NCBI GenBank assembly: GCA_038893995.1
Contig: JAWAQK010000013.1
Coordinates: 1 to 48,031 of the forward strand
Direction: 5' to 3'
Source: Candidatus Thorarchaeota archaeon
Lineage (GTDB): Archaea > Asgardarchaeota > Thorarchaeia > Thorarchaeales > Thorarchaeaceae
DNA: 48,031 nucleotides
The translations under genes were made by a program, and so were the position numbers. Under the pieces are notes generated by a model. That model searched no databases. It saw only the letters and a list, made by a program, of their open reading frames with translations, and was not told the DNA's origin. Positions within the stretch are counted from its first letter, which is position 1. Every line of letters starts with the position of its first letter. Positions 36,955 to 45,396 of the stretch are shown here, one piece after another.

Positions 36955-37755
36955 ATGACAGATACAGCCCTTGATGCTTCCCATCTGACATTCACGTACC
37001 CAAACGGTGAGGTTGCACTTGAGGACGTGAGTTTCAAGGTACGTACACCTACGTTCATGGCAATCCTGGGCCCTAACGGTTCAGGCAAGAGCACACTCAT
37101 CAAGCTGGCCCTGGGCATGTTGAAGCCAACAAGCGGTTCCATTCGTACGTTGGGACTCGACCCTGCTGTAGACGGAGACAAGATACGAAGAGCTGTACGA
37201 TACGTACCCCAGAGAGATCGCATCGAGCTGTCAGTACCGATCAGTGTGCGAGATATTGTTCTGATGGGTCGGCTTCTGAAGAGGGCACCTCCTCGCGTGG
37301 TGTCACGGGCCGACATAGAGACTGCGATGTCCGCCTTGGCTCGTGTGGAGATGGATGACCTGTGGAACCGATCATTCAATGAGCTGTCCGGTGGTCAGCG
37401 TCAGAGAGTGCTCGTCGCAAGGGCACTTGCCACCGAGGGTTCCCTCATGGTGCTTGATGAACCTCTCTCGGGCACTGATGCAAGAAGCCAGCAACTCATA
37501 GTAGATGCGCTGAGGGACTGCTATGTCAAAGACCATGTCAGCGTAATCATGGTGACCCATGATCTCAATCCAGTCCATGTCCTGGTGAAGGATGTGTTGG
37601 TACTGAAGCGGACCGTCGTGGGGATTGGTCGACCATGTGAGGTGATGGATCCAAAGCTGCTCGAGTCCGTGTACGGTCCATCTGCAAGAATTGTAGAGTA
37701 TGCGGGGCACAAGTACTGCGTGACACATGATTCGGGGGTTGACCGACACGATTGA
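36955..37755 (+). CDS. Metal ABC transporter ATP-binding subunit (ZnuC/MntB-like)
   Basis: GPNGSGKST, YVPQ, LSGGQRQR, LDEP, VTHDL. Confidence 0.9.
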   Translation: MTDTALDASHLTFTYPNGEVALEDVSFKVRTPTFMAILGPNGSGKSTLIKLALGMLKPTSGSIRTLGLDPAVDGDKIRRAVRYVPQRDRIELSVPISVRDIVLMGRLLKRAPPRVVSRADIETAMSALARVEMDDLWNRSFNELSGGQRQRVLVARALATEGSLMVLDEPLSGTDARSQQLIVDALRDCYVKDHVSVIMVTHDLNPVHVLVKDVLVLKRTVVGIGRPCEVMDPKLLESVYGPSARIVEYAGHKYCVTHDSGVDRHD

Positions 37756-38647
37756 CATCATAATCCAGCTACTGGGGATTCCGTTCGTACAGAGAGCTTT
37801 GCTTGGAGCGGTCATGGTTGCGTTTGTGGCGTCGACATGTGGAACGTTTCTCGTGTTCCGAGGGCTCTCCTTCATGACGTCCGGAGTGGCCCATGCTGCT
37901 CTTGGAGGTGCCGCCCTTGGTCTGTTTCTTCAGTACTCAGGCATTGCACCATGGTTCCATCCCGTTCTGGGTTCTCTTCTCTTCAGCATGCTAGTCGCGC
38001 TAGTCACTGGCTATGCTGGTGAGTCCGGAGTTGCCCAGAAGATGGAGGTGGCGGTTGGTGTTTCATTTGCGTTGTCGATGAGCGTTGCAGTCTTCCTGAT
38101 GTACTATATTCCCCCTACACAAGTTCCACGAATATGGGGCTATCTCATCGGAGACATACTTTTGTTGAGCGATTCGGATGTTGCCCTGCTCGGGATAACG
38201 ACTCTCTCCCTCGCACTGCTGATGATACTATTCAACAGGGAGTTTGTGTATGTCAGTGTTGACATGGAGGGTTCGATTGCTCACGGTCTGAACGCACGTC
38301 TATACCACTACCTGCTGTTGATTTCTTCTTCGCTGGCAATAGCATTGGCCACAAAGGCTGTTGGCTCCATACTTGTCTATGCAATCATGGTGGCCCCGGC
38401 TGCGGCCTCAAACGAGCTCTTCTCTTCCGTGAGGAGAGTCGTCGTTGGAGTCTTTGTGATTGCATTGCTTTCGGAGCTGGCAGGATTATCTCTCTCATTT
38501 GCAGCTCAGGTCTCTCCAAGTGCAGTCGCAGGCATACTAGCCGCATCGTCGTACGTAGTAGCGTTGCAGATAAAGCGACACAGGAAAGGACGGAAGGATC
38601 ATGCACATGGGGTGTCTTCTGATGCCGCCGTTTCCAACGAGTCGTAG
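37727..38647 (+). CDS. Metal ABC transporter permease (ABC-3, ZnuB-like); alternative TTG 37739
   Basis: FVQRALL, GTFLVFRGLSF...AHAALGG, YL.GDIL, KAVGSILV, PAAA. Confidence 0.9.
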   Translation: MIRGLTDTIDIIIQLLGIPFVQRALLGAVMVAFVASTCGTFLVFRGLSFMTSGVAHAALGGAALGLFLQYSGIAPWFHPVLGSLLFSMLVALVTGYAGESGVAQKMEVAVGVSFALSMSVAVFLMYYIPPTQVPRIWGYLIGDILLLSDSDVALLGITTLSLALLMILFNREFVYVSVDMEGSIAHGLNARLYHYLLLISSSLAIALATKAVGSILVYAIMVAPAAASNELFSSVRRVVVGVFVIALLSELAGLSLSFAAQVSPSAVAGILAASSYVVALQIKRHRKGRKDHAHGVSSDAAVSNES

Positions 38648-38677
38648 AGTCGCGCCCTGTTATCTTTCAATACATTG

Positions 38678-38737
38678 CGACTGAGTCGCTGACCCGACCA
38701 TGTCTCGGTCTTTCGCTACCTTTAAGTGACTCAGTCG
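38678..38737. repeat. 10-bp perfect inverted repeat (13 bp with G-U)
   Basis: CGACTGAGTC (38678-38687) / GACTCAGTCG (38728-38737). Confidence 0.65.
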
Positions 38738-38763
38738 GCCGATACCCCGCCGGTGGAACAGTC

Positions 38764-39162
38764 TTGGCAGAGGTCATTCCAGAACGTGGTGCACTGATTC
38801 GATCTACCGTGATAACGGGTAGTCTGACGACCCTATTCATTGTTCTCTCACTGCTCTTCTGGGTTTGGTCGGCTCCTGATTTGGTGAATACTAGTCCAGT
38901 GGGCGCAATAAAGCAGGTCAATGTGTATGTGCTTTACGTCTTAGAGGTCCTCTTTGTGAGTGGGACCTTCATCTTTCTCACTGTTACAGTCGTGAACCTT
39001 GAGCTGGGACTGATGCAGATACGTGCTGGCTGGACAGAGATCACGATCCTCGTAATCACCGTCTTCCTCCTTGGTCTCGTCCTCTTCGGCACAGGAATCG
39101 CAGCAGCAAGTCTTGTCTTGTCGCTGGGTTTTGTGGCGTATCTGTACCTGCTTCAGGAATGA
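38764..39162 (+). CDS. Hypothetical 4-TM membrane protein
   Basis: TTG start downstream of the TATA-like TTTAAG at 38721; four hydrophobic segments. Confidence 0.7.
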   Translation: MAEVIPERGALIRSTVITGSLTTLFIVLSLLFWVWSAPDLVNTSPVGAIKQVNVYVLYVLEVLFVSGTFIFLTVTVVNLELGLMQIRAGWTEITILVITVFLLGLVLFGTGIAAASLVLSLGFVAYLYLLQE

Positions 39163-39358
39163 GAACGTTCAGCGTCCTCCAAGCAACTGCACCAGAAGCT
39201 TTATGTGTTGCACTCCAGGATACGCCTGTGGTTCTGGGCGACAAGAATGATCAGGACCTGACAGGTCGGCCTGTTTATCCGACAACTGGAACTGTCAGAC
39301 CGTCTGTGCTGCAACCCCGATGTTCCGGAATCTGTCACCGATGGACCAGAGATGATGT

Positions 39359-40093
39359 ATGATGTTCGGTATTAGCGGCGCTGGCTATGACATGAGCACC
39401 AGTATCTTCAGCCCTGAGGGCCGTATATTCGCTGCAGAGTATGCTAAGAAGGCAGTCGAACAGGCTCCACCATCGATTGGGATCCTAGTTCGGGAAGGGG
39501 TCGTGCTCGTTGCTGAGAAACGAATTGAACCCCTGTACGAGCCCGATTCGATAGAGAAGATATGGAAGATCGATGATCACATCGGCGTGGCCCCAGCAGG
39601 CCTGATGGCTGACCTCAGGATGTTGGTCCACGAGGCGCGATACAAGGCACAGTCATACTGGTTGACCTATGAGGAACCCATAACAGCAGAAGCGCTCGCT
39701 GATCACATCTGCGACATCAAGGCTCAATTCACACAGGGGGGCGGCGCTAGACCATTCGGTGTGTCAATGATTATCGCCTCAGTTGACTTTGACGGAACTC
39801 CACATCTGTACGTCACAGATCCTACAGGAACTCTACTCGGGTTCCTGGCAACTGCGATTGGCAGGGGAAGCATGCAGGCCGGGGAGGTGCTCGAGAAAGG
39901 CTACAGAATCGACCTGTCTCTGTCTGAGGCGACCATGCTTGCCATTGAGGCACTCAGGAAAGCGTCTGAGTCCAAGTTGACTGCTGATAGTGTAGAGATC
40001 GCTCACATAGCAGTCAGTGATCACAGGTTCCGAAAGTTGTCACGTGAAGAGGTGGCTGATTACCTGGGCAGGGTATCTGACAAACCAAAGTAG
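39359..40093 (+). CDS. psmA: Proteasome alpha subunit (divergent gate region)
   Basis: GYD...FSPEGR...EYA, GVVLVAEKR, EKIWKIDDHIG, GLMAD, TQ.GG.RPFGVS, TDPTG, AIGRG. Confidence 0.95.
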   Translation: MMFGISGAGYDMSTSIFSPEGRIFAAEYAKKAVEQAPPSIGILVREGVVLVAEKRIEPLYEPDSIEKIWKIDDHIGVAPAGLMADLRMLVHEARYKAQSYWLTYEEPITAEALADHICDIKAQFTQGGGARPFGVSMIIASVDFDGTPHLYVTDPTGTLLGFLATAIGRGSMQAGEVLEKGYRIDLSLSEATMLAIEALRKASESKLTADSVEIAHIAVSDHRFRKLSREEVADYLGRVSDKPK

Positions 40094-40107
40094 GAGTTGA
40101 TCCTGAT

Positions 40108-40833
40108 TTGATCGGTTCGGGTGCCAAGACAGGTGAGAAGAGGCTCAAATTGGACGCTGTCGCCATCGGCATCACGAGAGGTCCCTTCAAGTTTGAGATA
40201 TTCGTTGATCCAGACCTCGCATTCAGGTATCGTAGAGGGGAGTCTGTACCCATTGAGGATATACTCAAGAGCTACACCATCTATGAGGACGCGAAACGCG
40301 GCCAGCGAGCCTCTGAACAAGTTGTGTTAGACACATTTGGTACGCTCGATGTGTTCACTGTAGCGTCCGAGATACTCCGCCGTGGCGAGTTCAAATTGAC
40401 GGTCGAGCAGAGGAATCAGCTTGTGGGTGAGAAGACTGATGCAATCGTCACCGCCATTGCTAAGAGGGCAATGAACCCCCAGACCGGTCATCCCCATCCT
40501 CCTGAACGGATCCGGCAGGCGATGCAGGAGGCAAAGGTCCGGGTTGATCCGTTTATCTCCGTTGATGAGCAGATTCAAGCGGTGATCAAGGCCCTCAGGG
40601 TCGTGATTCCCATATCCTTTGATAGTGTCAAGCTACGGATCACGATACCTGCTGCATACTCAGGAAAGGGCAGCAGCATTGTCATCGATGCCGGTCTCGT
40701 CCGATCTGAATCGTGGAATCAGGATGGTTCCTGGACAGCTCTGGTAGAGGTGCCCGTTTCCGAGCGCCAGAGGCTACTTGATGAACTGAGCAGACTGACA
40801 AAGGGGCAGGCTCACATCGAGGTCGTGAGATAG
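40108..40833 (+). CDS. sdo1: Ribosome maturation factor SBDS/Sdo1
   Basis: KFEIFVDP, DAKRG, FGT.D, ILRRGE, NPQTGHPHPPERI..AM.EA; canonical position after psmA. Confidence 0.95.
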   Translation: MIGSGAKTGEKRLKLDAVAIGITRGPFKFEIFVDPDLAFRYRRGESVPIEDILKSYTIYEDAKRGQRASEQVVLDTFGTLDVFTVASEILRRGEFKLTVEQRNQLVGEKTDAIVTAIAKRAMNPQTGHPHPPERIRQAMQEAKVRVDPFISVDEQIQAVIKALRVVIPISFDSVKLRITIPAAYSGKGSSIVIDAGLVRSESWNQDGSWTALVEVPVSERQRLLDELSRLTKGQAHIEVVR

Positions 40834-40903
40834 AGAATGTGAGGATTCCCAGCAATGAACCATCACAAGACAATCATGATAATTGGAAAAACGAGGGAGT
40901 AAA

Positions 40904-41653
40904 TTGGCAGGAGTGTTCTTTCAGAAAAGAGAAGTCGTAGTACCGGGCCAGCTGTTGGCGGAAGGAAGATATCAGTCCTCAGGTGGGACCTACAGTTCAA
41001 ATGGGAAGATCTATTCAGCGTTGGTTGGCCTCGCTGAGCTACGTGGCAATACCGTGAAGGTTGTCCCACTCGAGGGCGTCTATATCCCCCGAGAGGGCGA
41101 CCTTGTGATTGGTACAGTCATAATGGTGGCTGGCAACAACTGGCGTCTGGACATAGGTGGCCCATATCAGGGATCTTTGCATGCCAACAACGCACTGAGG
41201 AAGCCATACGACGATGATCTGTCAAAGTACTATGATGTCGGCGACGTCTTGGCCTGTGAGGTTATCGCCTTTGACAGAACCAGTGGCCCGTTCCTTTCTA
41301 TGAGGGGTCGTGGTCTGAAGCGTCTGGTCGACGGAATGGTCCTGAGCGTCAGCCCAGCGAAGATACCCCGAATAATCGGTAGACGAGGCTCCATGATCAA
41401 CATGATAAAGGAACATCTGAACATTCAGACGGTAGTCGGCCAGAATGGCAGGATCTGGATAAAGGCGCCAGACCTAGCTACTGAACGTCTGGCGGTCCGG
41501 GCATTCACGATGATAGAAGACCAGGCTCATACCTCCAAGCTCACGGACCGCATCAATGCAATGCTGAGCGAGGAGGTCCGTAAGTTGAGGTCTACCCGGA
41601 AAGATTCACGTGAGGGCCAACCTGAGAATAGTGCTGAAAGCAAGGAGGAATGA
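40904..41653 (+). CDS. rrp4: Exosome RNA-binding subunit Rrp4 (ORF extends to TTG 40883)
   Basis: VVVPGQ.L, YIP..GD.VIG S1 domain, PAKIPRIIGRRGSM KH domain, GQNGRIW. Confidence 0.95.
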   Translation: MAGVFFQKREVVVPGQLLAEGRYQSSGGTYSSNGKIYSALVGLAELRGNTVKVVPLEGVYIPREGDLVIGTVIMVAGNNWRLDIGGPYQGSLHANNALRKPYDDDLSKYYDVGDVLACEVIAFDRTSGPFLSMRGRGLKRLVDGMVLSVSPAKIPRIIGRRGSMINMIKEHLNIQTVVGQNGRIWIKAPDLATERLAVRAFTMIEDQAHTSKLTDRINAMLSEEVRKLRSTRKDSREGQPENSAESKEE

Positions 41654-41660
41654 TTTCAAG

Positions 41661-42485
41661 ATGAGTGTTGAGAAGAGGCCTGAGTTTCTAATTAGTCCCG
41701 AGGGCCTAAGAGTGGATGGAAGAAGACCAGATGAGATGCGCCCGATCGAACTGGAGGTCGGGGTCTTGAAGACCGCAGATGGATCTGCGTCGATAAGGCA
41801 GGGCAAGACATACATAATCGCAGCCGTATACGGTCCACGAGAACTTCATCCGAGACATCTGACGCTAAACGACCGCGCGTATCTTCGGACAGTGTATCGG
41901 ATGGCAACATTCTCAGTCCCTGATCGGAAGAAGCCTGCCCCATCAAGGCGTGAGCGGGAGATTTCCATGGTCATCGCCAACGCGCTCGAGCCCTCTCTCT
42001 TCCTCGAGGAGTTTCCCCGAGCAGTTGTTGATGTATTCATACAGGTCATGCAGGCTGATGGTGGAACGAGATGTGCTTCGATCAATGCTGCCTCTCTGGC
42101 ACTTGCTGATGCCGGTATCCCAATGAGATGCCTCGTTCCTGCTGTAGCTGTTGGAAAGGCAGACGGAGTCCTCGTGGTAGATCTGGGAGACGCTGAGGAC
42201 AAGTATGGACAGGGCGACATACCCATGGCCATGCTTCCCACTACGGGAGAGATATCCCTTCTCCAACAGGATGGTAAGTTCACAAAGGACGAGTTGCTCG
42301 AGGCCATAAGGATGGGCATGAACGCATGCAAGTATATTCACGAGCTTCAGAAGGAGGCCCTGAGGAGGGCCTATGCGAAGAGGGCTCCAGCCCCGTCTGG
42401 TGACGAGGACGAGGAATCAGAGAGCTATGCTGACGACCTAGAGACCGACCTGGGAGAGTCGGATCTTCCCGAGGAGGATGAGTGA
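41661..42485 (+). CDS. rrp41: Exosome catalytic subunit Rrp41 with an acidic C-terminal tail
   Basis: RVDGRR...RPI, ADGSA, VYGPRE, SRRE.EIS, QADGGTR, DL...ED..G..D. Confidence 0.96.
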   Translation: MSVEKRPEFLISPEGLRVDGRRPDEMRPIELEVGVLKTADGSASIRQGKTYIIAAVYGPRELHPRHLTLNDRAYLRTVYRMATFSVPDRKKPAPSRREREISMVIANALEPSLFLEEFPRAVVDVFIQVMQADGGTRCASINAASLALADAGIPMRCLVPAVAVGKADGVLVVDLGDAEDKYGQGDIPMAMLPTTGEISLLQQDGKFTKDELLEAIRMGMNACKYIHELQKEALRRAYAKRAPAPSGDEDEESESYADDLETDLGESDLPEEDE

Positions 42486-43308
42486 GATGGGTGATTTCAG
42501 TGCAGAGGTGATCAGTCACATTGACCGCGCCCACATCCGAGGGCTCCTTGACAGAGGTGAGCGGAGTGATGGGCGAAAGTTCGACGAATATCGGAAGATA
42601 GAGATACAGACAGGTGTCGTATCTGCCAAGGCGGAAGGGTCTGCAATTGCAAAGATAGGTAACACCAGTGTCATAGCTGGCGTGAAGGTGGTTCCTGGCG
42701 AGCCCTATCCCGACTCTCCTGATGAGGGGGTCGTGATGATCAGTGCAGAGATGGCTCCCATCGCCTCTCCATTCTTCGAGATCGGTCCTCCCTCCGAAGG
42801 CGCAATAGAGCTTGCACGTGTGGTAGACAGGGGAATAAGAGAGGCAGAGATGATCGATTCGAAGAAACTTAACATCGAAGGGGGCAAGAAGGTCTACATG
42901 ATATTCTGTGACCTCTACACCCTCGAACACGATGGAAACCTGATCGATGCCTGCTCCATCGCGGCGGTGGCTGCCCTGCTAGACACGAAGTTTCCAGAGA
43001 TGAGGCTCGAAGGTACAGAGCTTGTCCCCACAGGGAATATGCTCAGGGTACCTATCCAGAATCTACCCATAGAAGTGACAATGTCCAAGATTGGCGATCA
43101 CCTGATAGTCGATCCGATCCTCAAGGAGGAGATGGTTCAGGACTGTAGGCTGACGCTTTCTGTTGACGAACAGGACAACTTCACTGCCATTCAGAAGGGC
43201 GGCGGTGTGGGAACCTTGTCTTTGCGCATGATAGAGGATGCAATGGACATGGCTCTCCGGAAGAGCAAGGAGATCCGTGCATTTGTTCAGGACGCCGCGA
43301 AAGGATGA
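42478..43308 (+). CDS. rrp42: Exosome subunit Rrp42
   Basis: RSDGR...YR, KAEGSA, PYPDSP..G, ELARVVDRGIRE, DGNLIDA, DP...EE, IQKGG. Confidence 0.96.
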   Translation: MSEMGDFSAEVISHIDRAHIRGLLDRGERSDGRKFDEYRKIEIQTGVVSAKAEGSAIAKIGNTSVIAGVKVVPGEPYPDSPDEGVVMISAEMAPIASPFFEIGPPSEGAIELARVVDRGIREAEMIDSKKLNIEGGKKVYMIFCDLYTLEHDGNLIDACSIAAVAALLDTKFPEMRLEGTELVPTGNMLRVPIQNLPIEVTMSKIGDHLIVDPILKEEMVQDCRLTLSVDEQDNFTAIQKGGGVGTLSLRMIEDAMDMALRKSKEIRAFVQDAAKG

Positions 43309-43333
43309 GAGCATGAACTACAGATCCTGTTGC

Positions 43334-43413
43334 TGACCCGGTGTCCGCCGCTGGATAGATATGCTAATAAACAGATTCAACACGCGAGTGTCTGACTCCG
43401 CAACACCGGGTCA
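43334..43413. repeat. 11-bp perfect inverted repeat upstream of rpl37ae
   Basis: TGACCCGGTGT (43334-43344) / ACACCGGGTCA (43403-43413). Confidence 0.7.
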
Positions 43414-43442
43414 TGCATCTAAGCCGAAAGGGGTTCTCAGAA

Positions 43443-43763
43443 TTGCCGACGAAAAAAGTTGGAACTGCAGGCCGCTTCGGAGCCAGATACGGCTCGAAGC
43501 TCCGTAGTAGAGTCCTCGAGGTTGAACTCAAGGCCAAGGGACACAGGTGTCCGGCCTGCAACACTAGAGCCCTAAGAAGAAAGGCAGCAGGTCTTTGGTT
43601 CTGTAGAAAGTGCGGGGCCCTCTTTACTGGAGGTGCATATGTTCCCTTCACCGAATCGGGCAGGACCGCCCTGAGGGCCATCGAACAGAATCTCAAAGGA
43701 GACCTGATCACACTCCGCGAACGTGAAGAGGCGTCGACCCAGCAGCCCCCGAGCAGTGAGTGA
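43443..43763 (+). CDS. rpl37ae: 50S ribosomal protein L37Ae (eL43) with a C-terminal extension
   Basis: TTG at 43443 gives MPTKKVGTAGRFGARYG; zinc ribbon CPAC...CRKC; FTGGAY. Confidence 0.95.
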   Translation: MPTKKVGTAGRFGARYGSKLRSRVLEVELKAKGHRCPACNTRALRRKAAGLWFCRKCGALFTGGAYVPFTESGRTALRAIEQNLKGDLITLREREEASTQQPPSSE

Positions 43764-43826
43764 AGGACTCTATACACTCGAAATGCATATTGATGGCTTA
43801 TCAGAGGACAAGCAGGGCCGATCCAG

Positions 43827-44396
43827 TTGTTCCTTGTCACGACGTCTAGACGTCCCTCCAATCGGGTACGGACATTCGTTCGAGACATGTGGGCCACGTT
43901 CCCAGGAAGTATGCGGCTTAACAGAGGGACCGCAAGCATCAACGAACTTCTGGCTCGACTGGGCACCTCAGGCAGACAGTTTCTTCTGATAGTTCACATG
44001 AGACATGGTAATCCCAGCGAGATTCAGATAGTCCAGGCCGGCGTCAGCAGTGCCACTAGTGTTCAGCTCGAAGGAGTCGTCCTTCGCAGGGAATTGTCCC
44101 GGGGTTCACTACGCGGCTACAGGGCTCGAAGAGTAGTGGAGATATCGCTTCCTCACGACTCTCCAAGGTGCACGCGGGACTTGGCAGACATGCTTTCGAG
44201 GATAACAGGTCTTGCGCCCGTGGATGCTCCCTCGCCGAGATCCCCTACTGATGTAAGTCCCCGTGATATCATCGTTCGACTCGATCCACTTCCGGGGATG
44301 AGGACTCTCTGGAGTCACTACAACGCTGCAACACTCGACGAGATCGGGCCCCGGATACGTGTGGTTTCATTGCGTGGTGATCTAATACATGACTGA
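43827..44396 (+). CDS. Brix/Imp4 domain ribosome biogenesis protein
   Basis: TTSRRPS.R.RTF, NRG, GNP; canonical position in the exosome superoperon. Confidence 0.85.
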   Translation: MFLVTTSRRPSNRVRTFVRDMWATFPGSMRLNRGTASINELLARLGTSGRQFLLIVHMRHGNPSEIQIVQAGVSSATSVQLEGVVLRRELSRGSLRGYRARRVVEISLPHDSPRCTRDLADMLSRITGLAPVDAPSPRSPTDVSPRDIIVRLDPLPGMRTLWSHYNAATLDEIGPRIRVVSLRGDLIHD

Positions 44397-44667
44397 ACGT
44401 AGTCCCCTGAGAGAGGCTTCTGTGACTCTGCATGTGACGTTTGAAACTCACGAAGTGGCAAGTGCGATCTACTCTGCACTCTTACCCGAGACAAGGTCGG
44501 CACCCTCAGAGAGGGCGGTCACCAGACTTGAACTACAGGATCGGACTATCATTGTGAGTGTCCATGCGCGCGACATCACTGCTCTCAGAGCCGCTGTAAA
44601 TTCCTTTCTCTCCTGGATGTCCAGCTGCTACAGAACAGTTTCCATTGCTAGAGGCCAAAGCAATTAG
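44389..44667 (+). CDS. pcc1: KEOPS complex subunit Pcc1
   Basis: A..IY.AL.PE, A.D..ALRAAVNSFL.W. Confidence 0.9.
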   Translation: MTERSPLREASVTLHVTFETHEVASAIYSALLPETRSAPSERAVTRLELQDRTIIVSVHARDITALRAAVNSFLSWMSSCYRTVSIARGQSN

Positions 44668-44722
44668 TTCAAATACACAACCCAGCACCTCGAACCTATT
44701 CCCTCCAAGGAGAATGAACAAG

Positions 44723-45085
44723 ATGGCTCAGAAACTACCGCCGGCCCTAGAACAGGAGCTTGAGAGATACGAGGGGTTGCGCAGAGAGAACGAGACCCTG
44801 CAACTGACTATCCAGGCTCTCCAGTCTGAACTCTCAGAACTCTCAATGACCTTGGAGCAGCTCCGAAAACAACCAGACGACACGGTGACCTACAAGATCG
44901 TCGGCTCAGTGATGTTTAGGGTCCCCAAGCCAAAGCTCGTTGAAGAACTCGAGGATCGTGAGAAGACTCTCCAGATGCGTGTCAGTTCCTACAGTCGAAA
45001 GCTTGAATCCAGCAGCCAGAAGTTGAAGGAGCTACAGGAGAAGATTCAGATAGAACTTGGAAAGCATAACCTGAGGCTCCAGTGA
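44723..45085 (+). CDS. pfdB: Prefoldin beta subunit
   Basis: MAQKLPP; coiled coil, beta hairpin (YKIVG.VM), coiled coil; SD AAGGAG. Confidence 0.92.
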   Translation: MAQKLPPALEQELERYEGLRRENETLQLTIQALQSELSELSMTLEQLRKQPDDTVTYKIVGSVMFRVPKPKLVEELEDREKTLQMRVSSYSRKLESSSQKLKELQEKIQIELGKHNLRLQ

Positions 45086-45090
45086 CGACA

Positions 45091-45396
45091 ATGACCGATA
45101 CAGCAGATATTGGTCTTCCTCGTCTGAGTGAGGAGGATATCGAACGACTGGCAGAGGAGTGCGAGGCTGAAGTCACGCGATACATCACCCGCATCATTCC
45201 CCCCAAGAGCATATCTGACATGATTGTGGTCTGTTCACTGGAACTCAACGAGGGGCTCCACCTGAGTATCGATGTTGATCTGAATCAGAAATATGACACC
45301 GGTGTGTCTTTGGACGATGTAGTGGAACAGGCCGTTGCTCATGGCGCAGCATGGCTGGAAAAGGTTCTTCGGGAGATGAAGGTCAATGAGCACTAG
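45091..45396 (+). CDS. DUF3194 family protein (alternative GTG 45082)
   Basis: IGLP.L.EE N-terminus, acidic; position after pfdB as in other archaea. Confidence 0.7.
   Translation: MTDTADIGLPRLSEEDIERLAEECEAEVTRYITRIIPPKSISDMIVVCSLELNEGLHLSIDVDLNQKYDTGVSLDDVVEQAVAHGAAWLEKVLREMKVNEH

Noticed and set aside
39159-39362. 67-aa ORF before psmA as a possible Pop5/Rpp14 remnant
   Set aside because: No resemblance to Pop5, and it spans a TATA-like box and stems.
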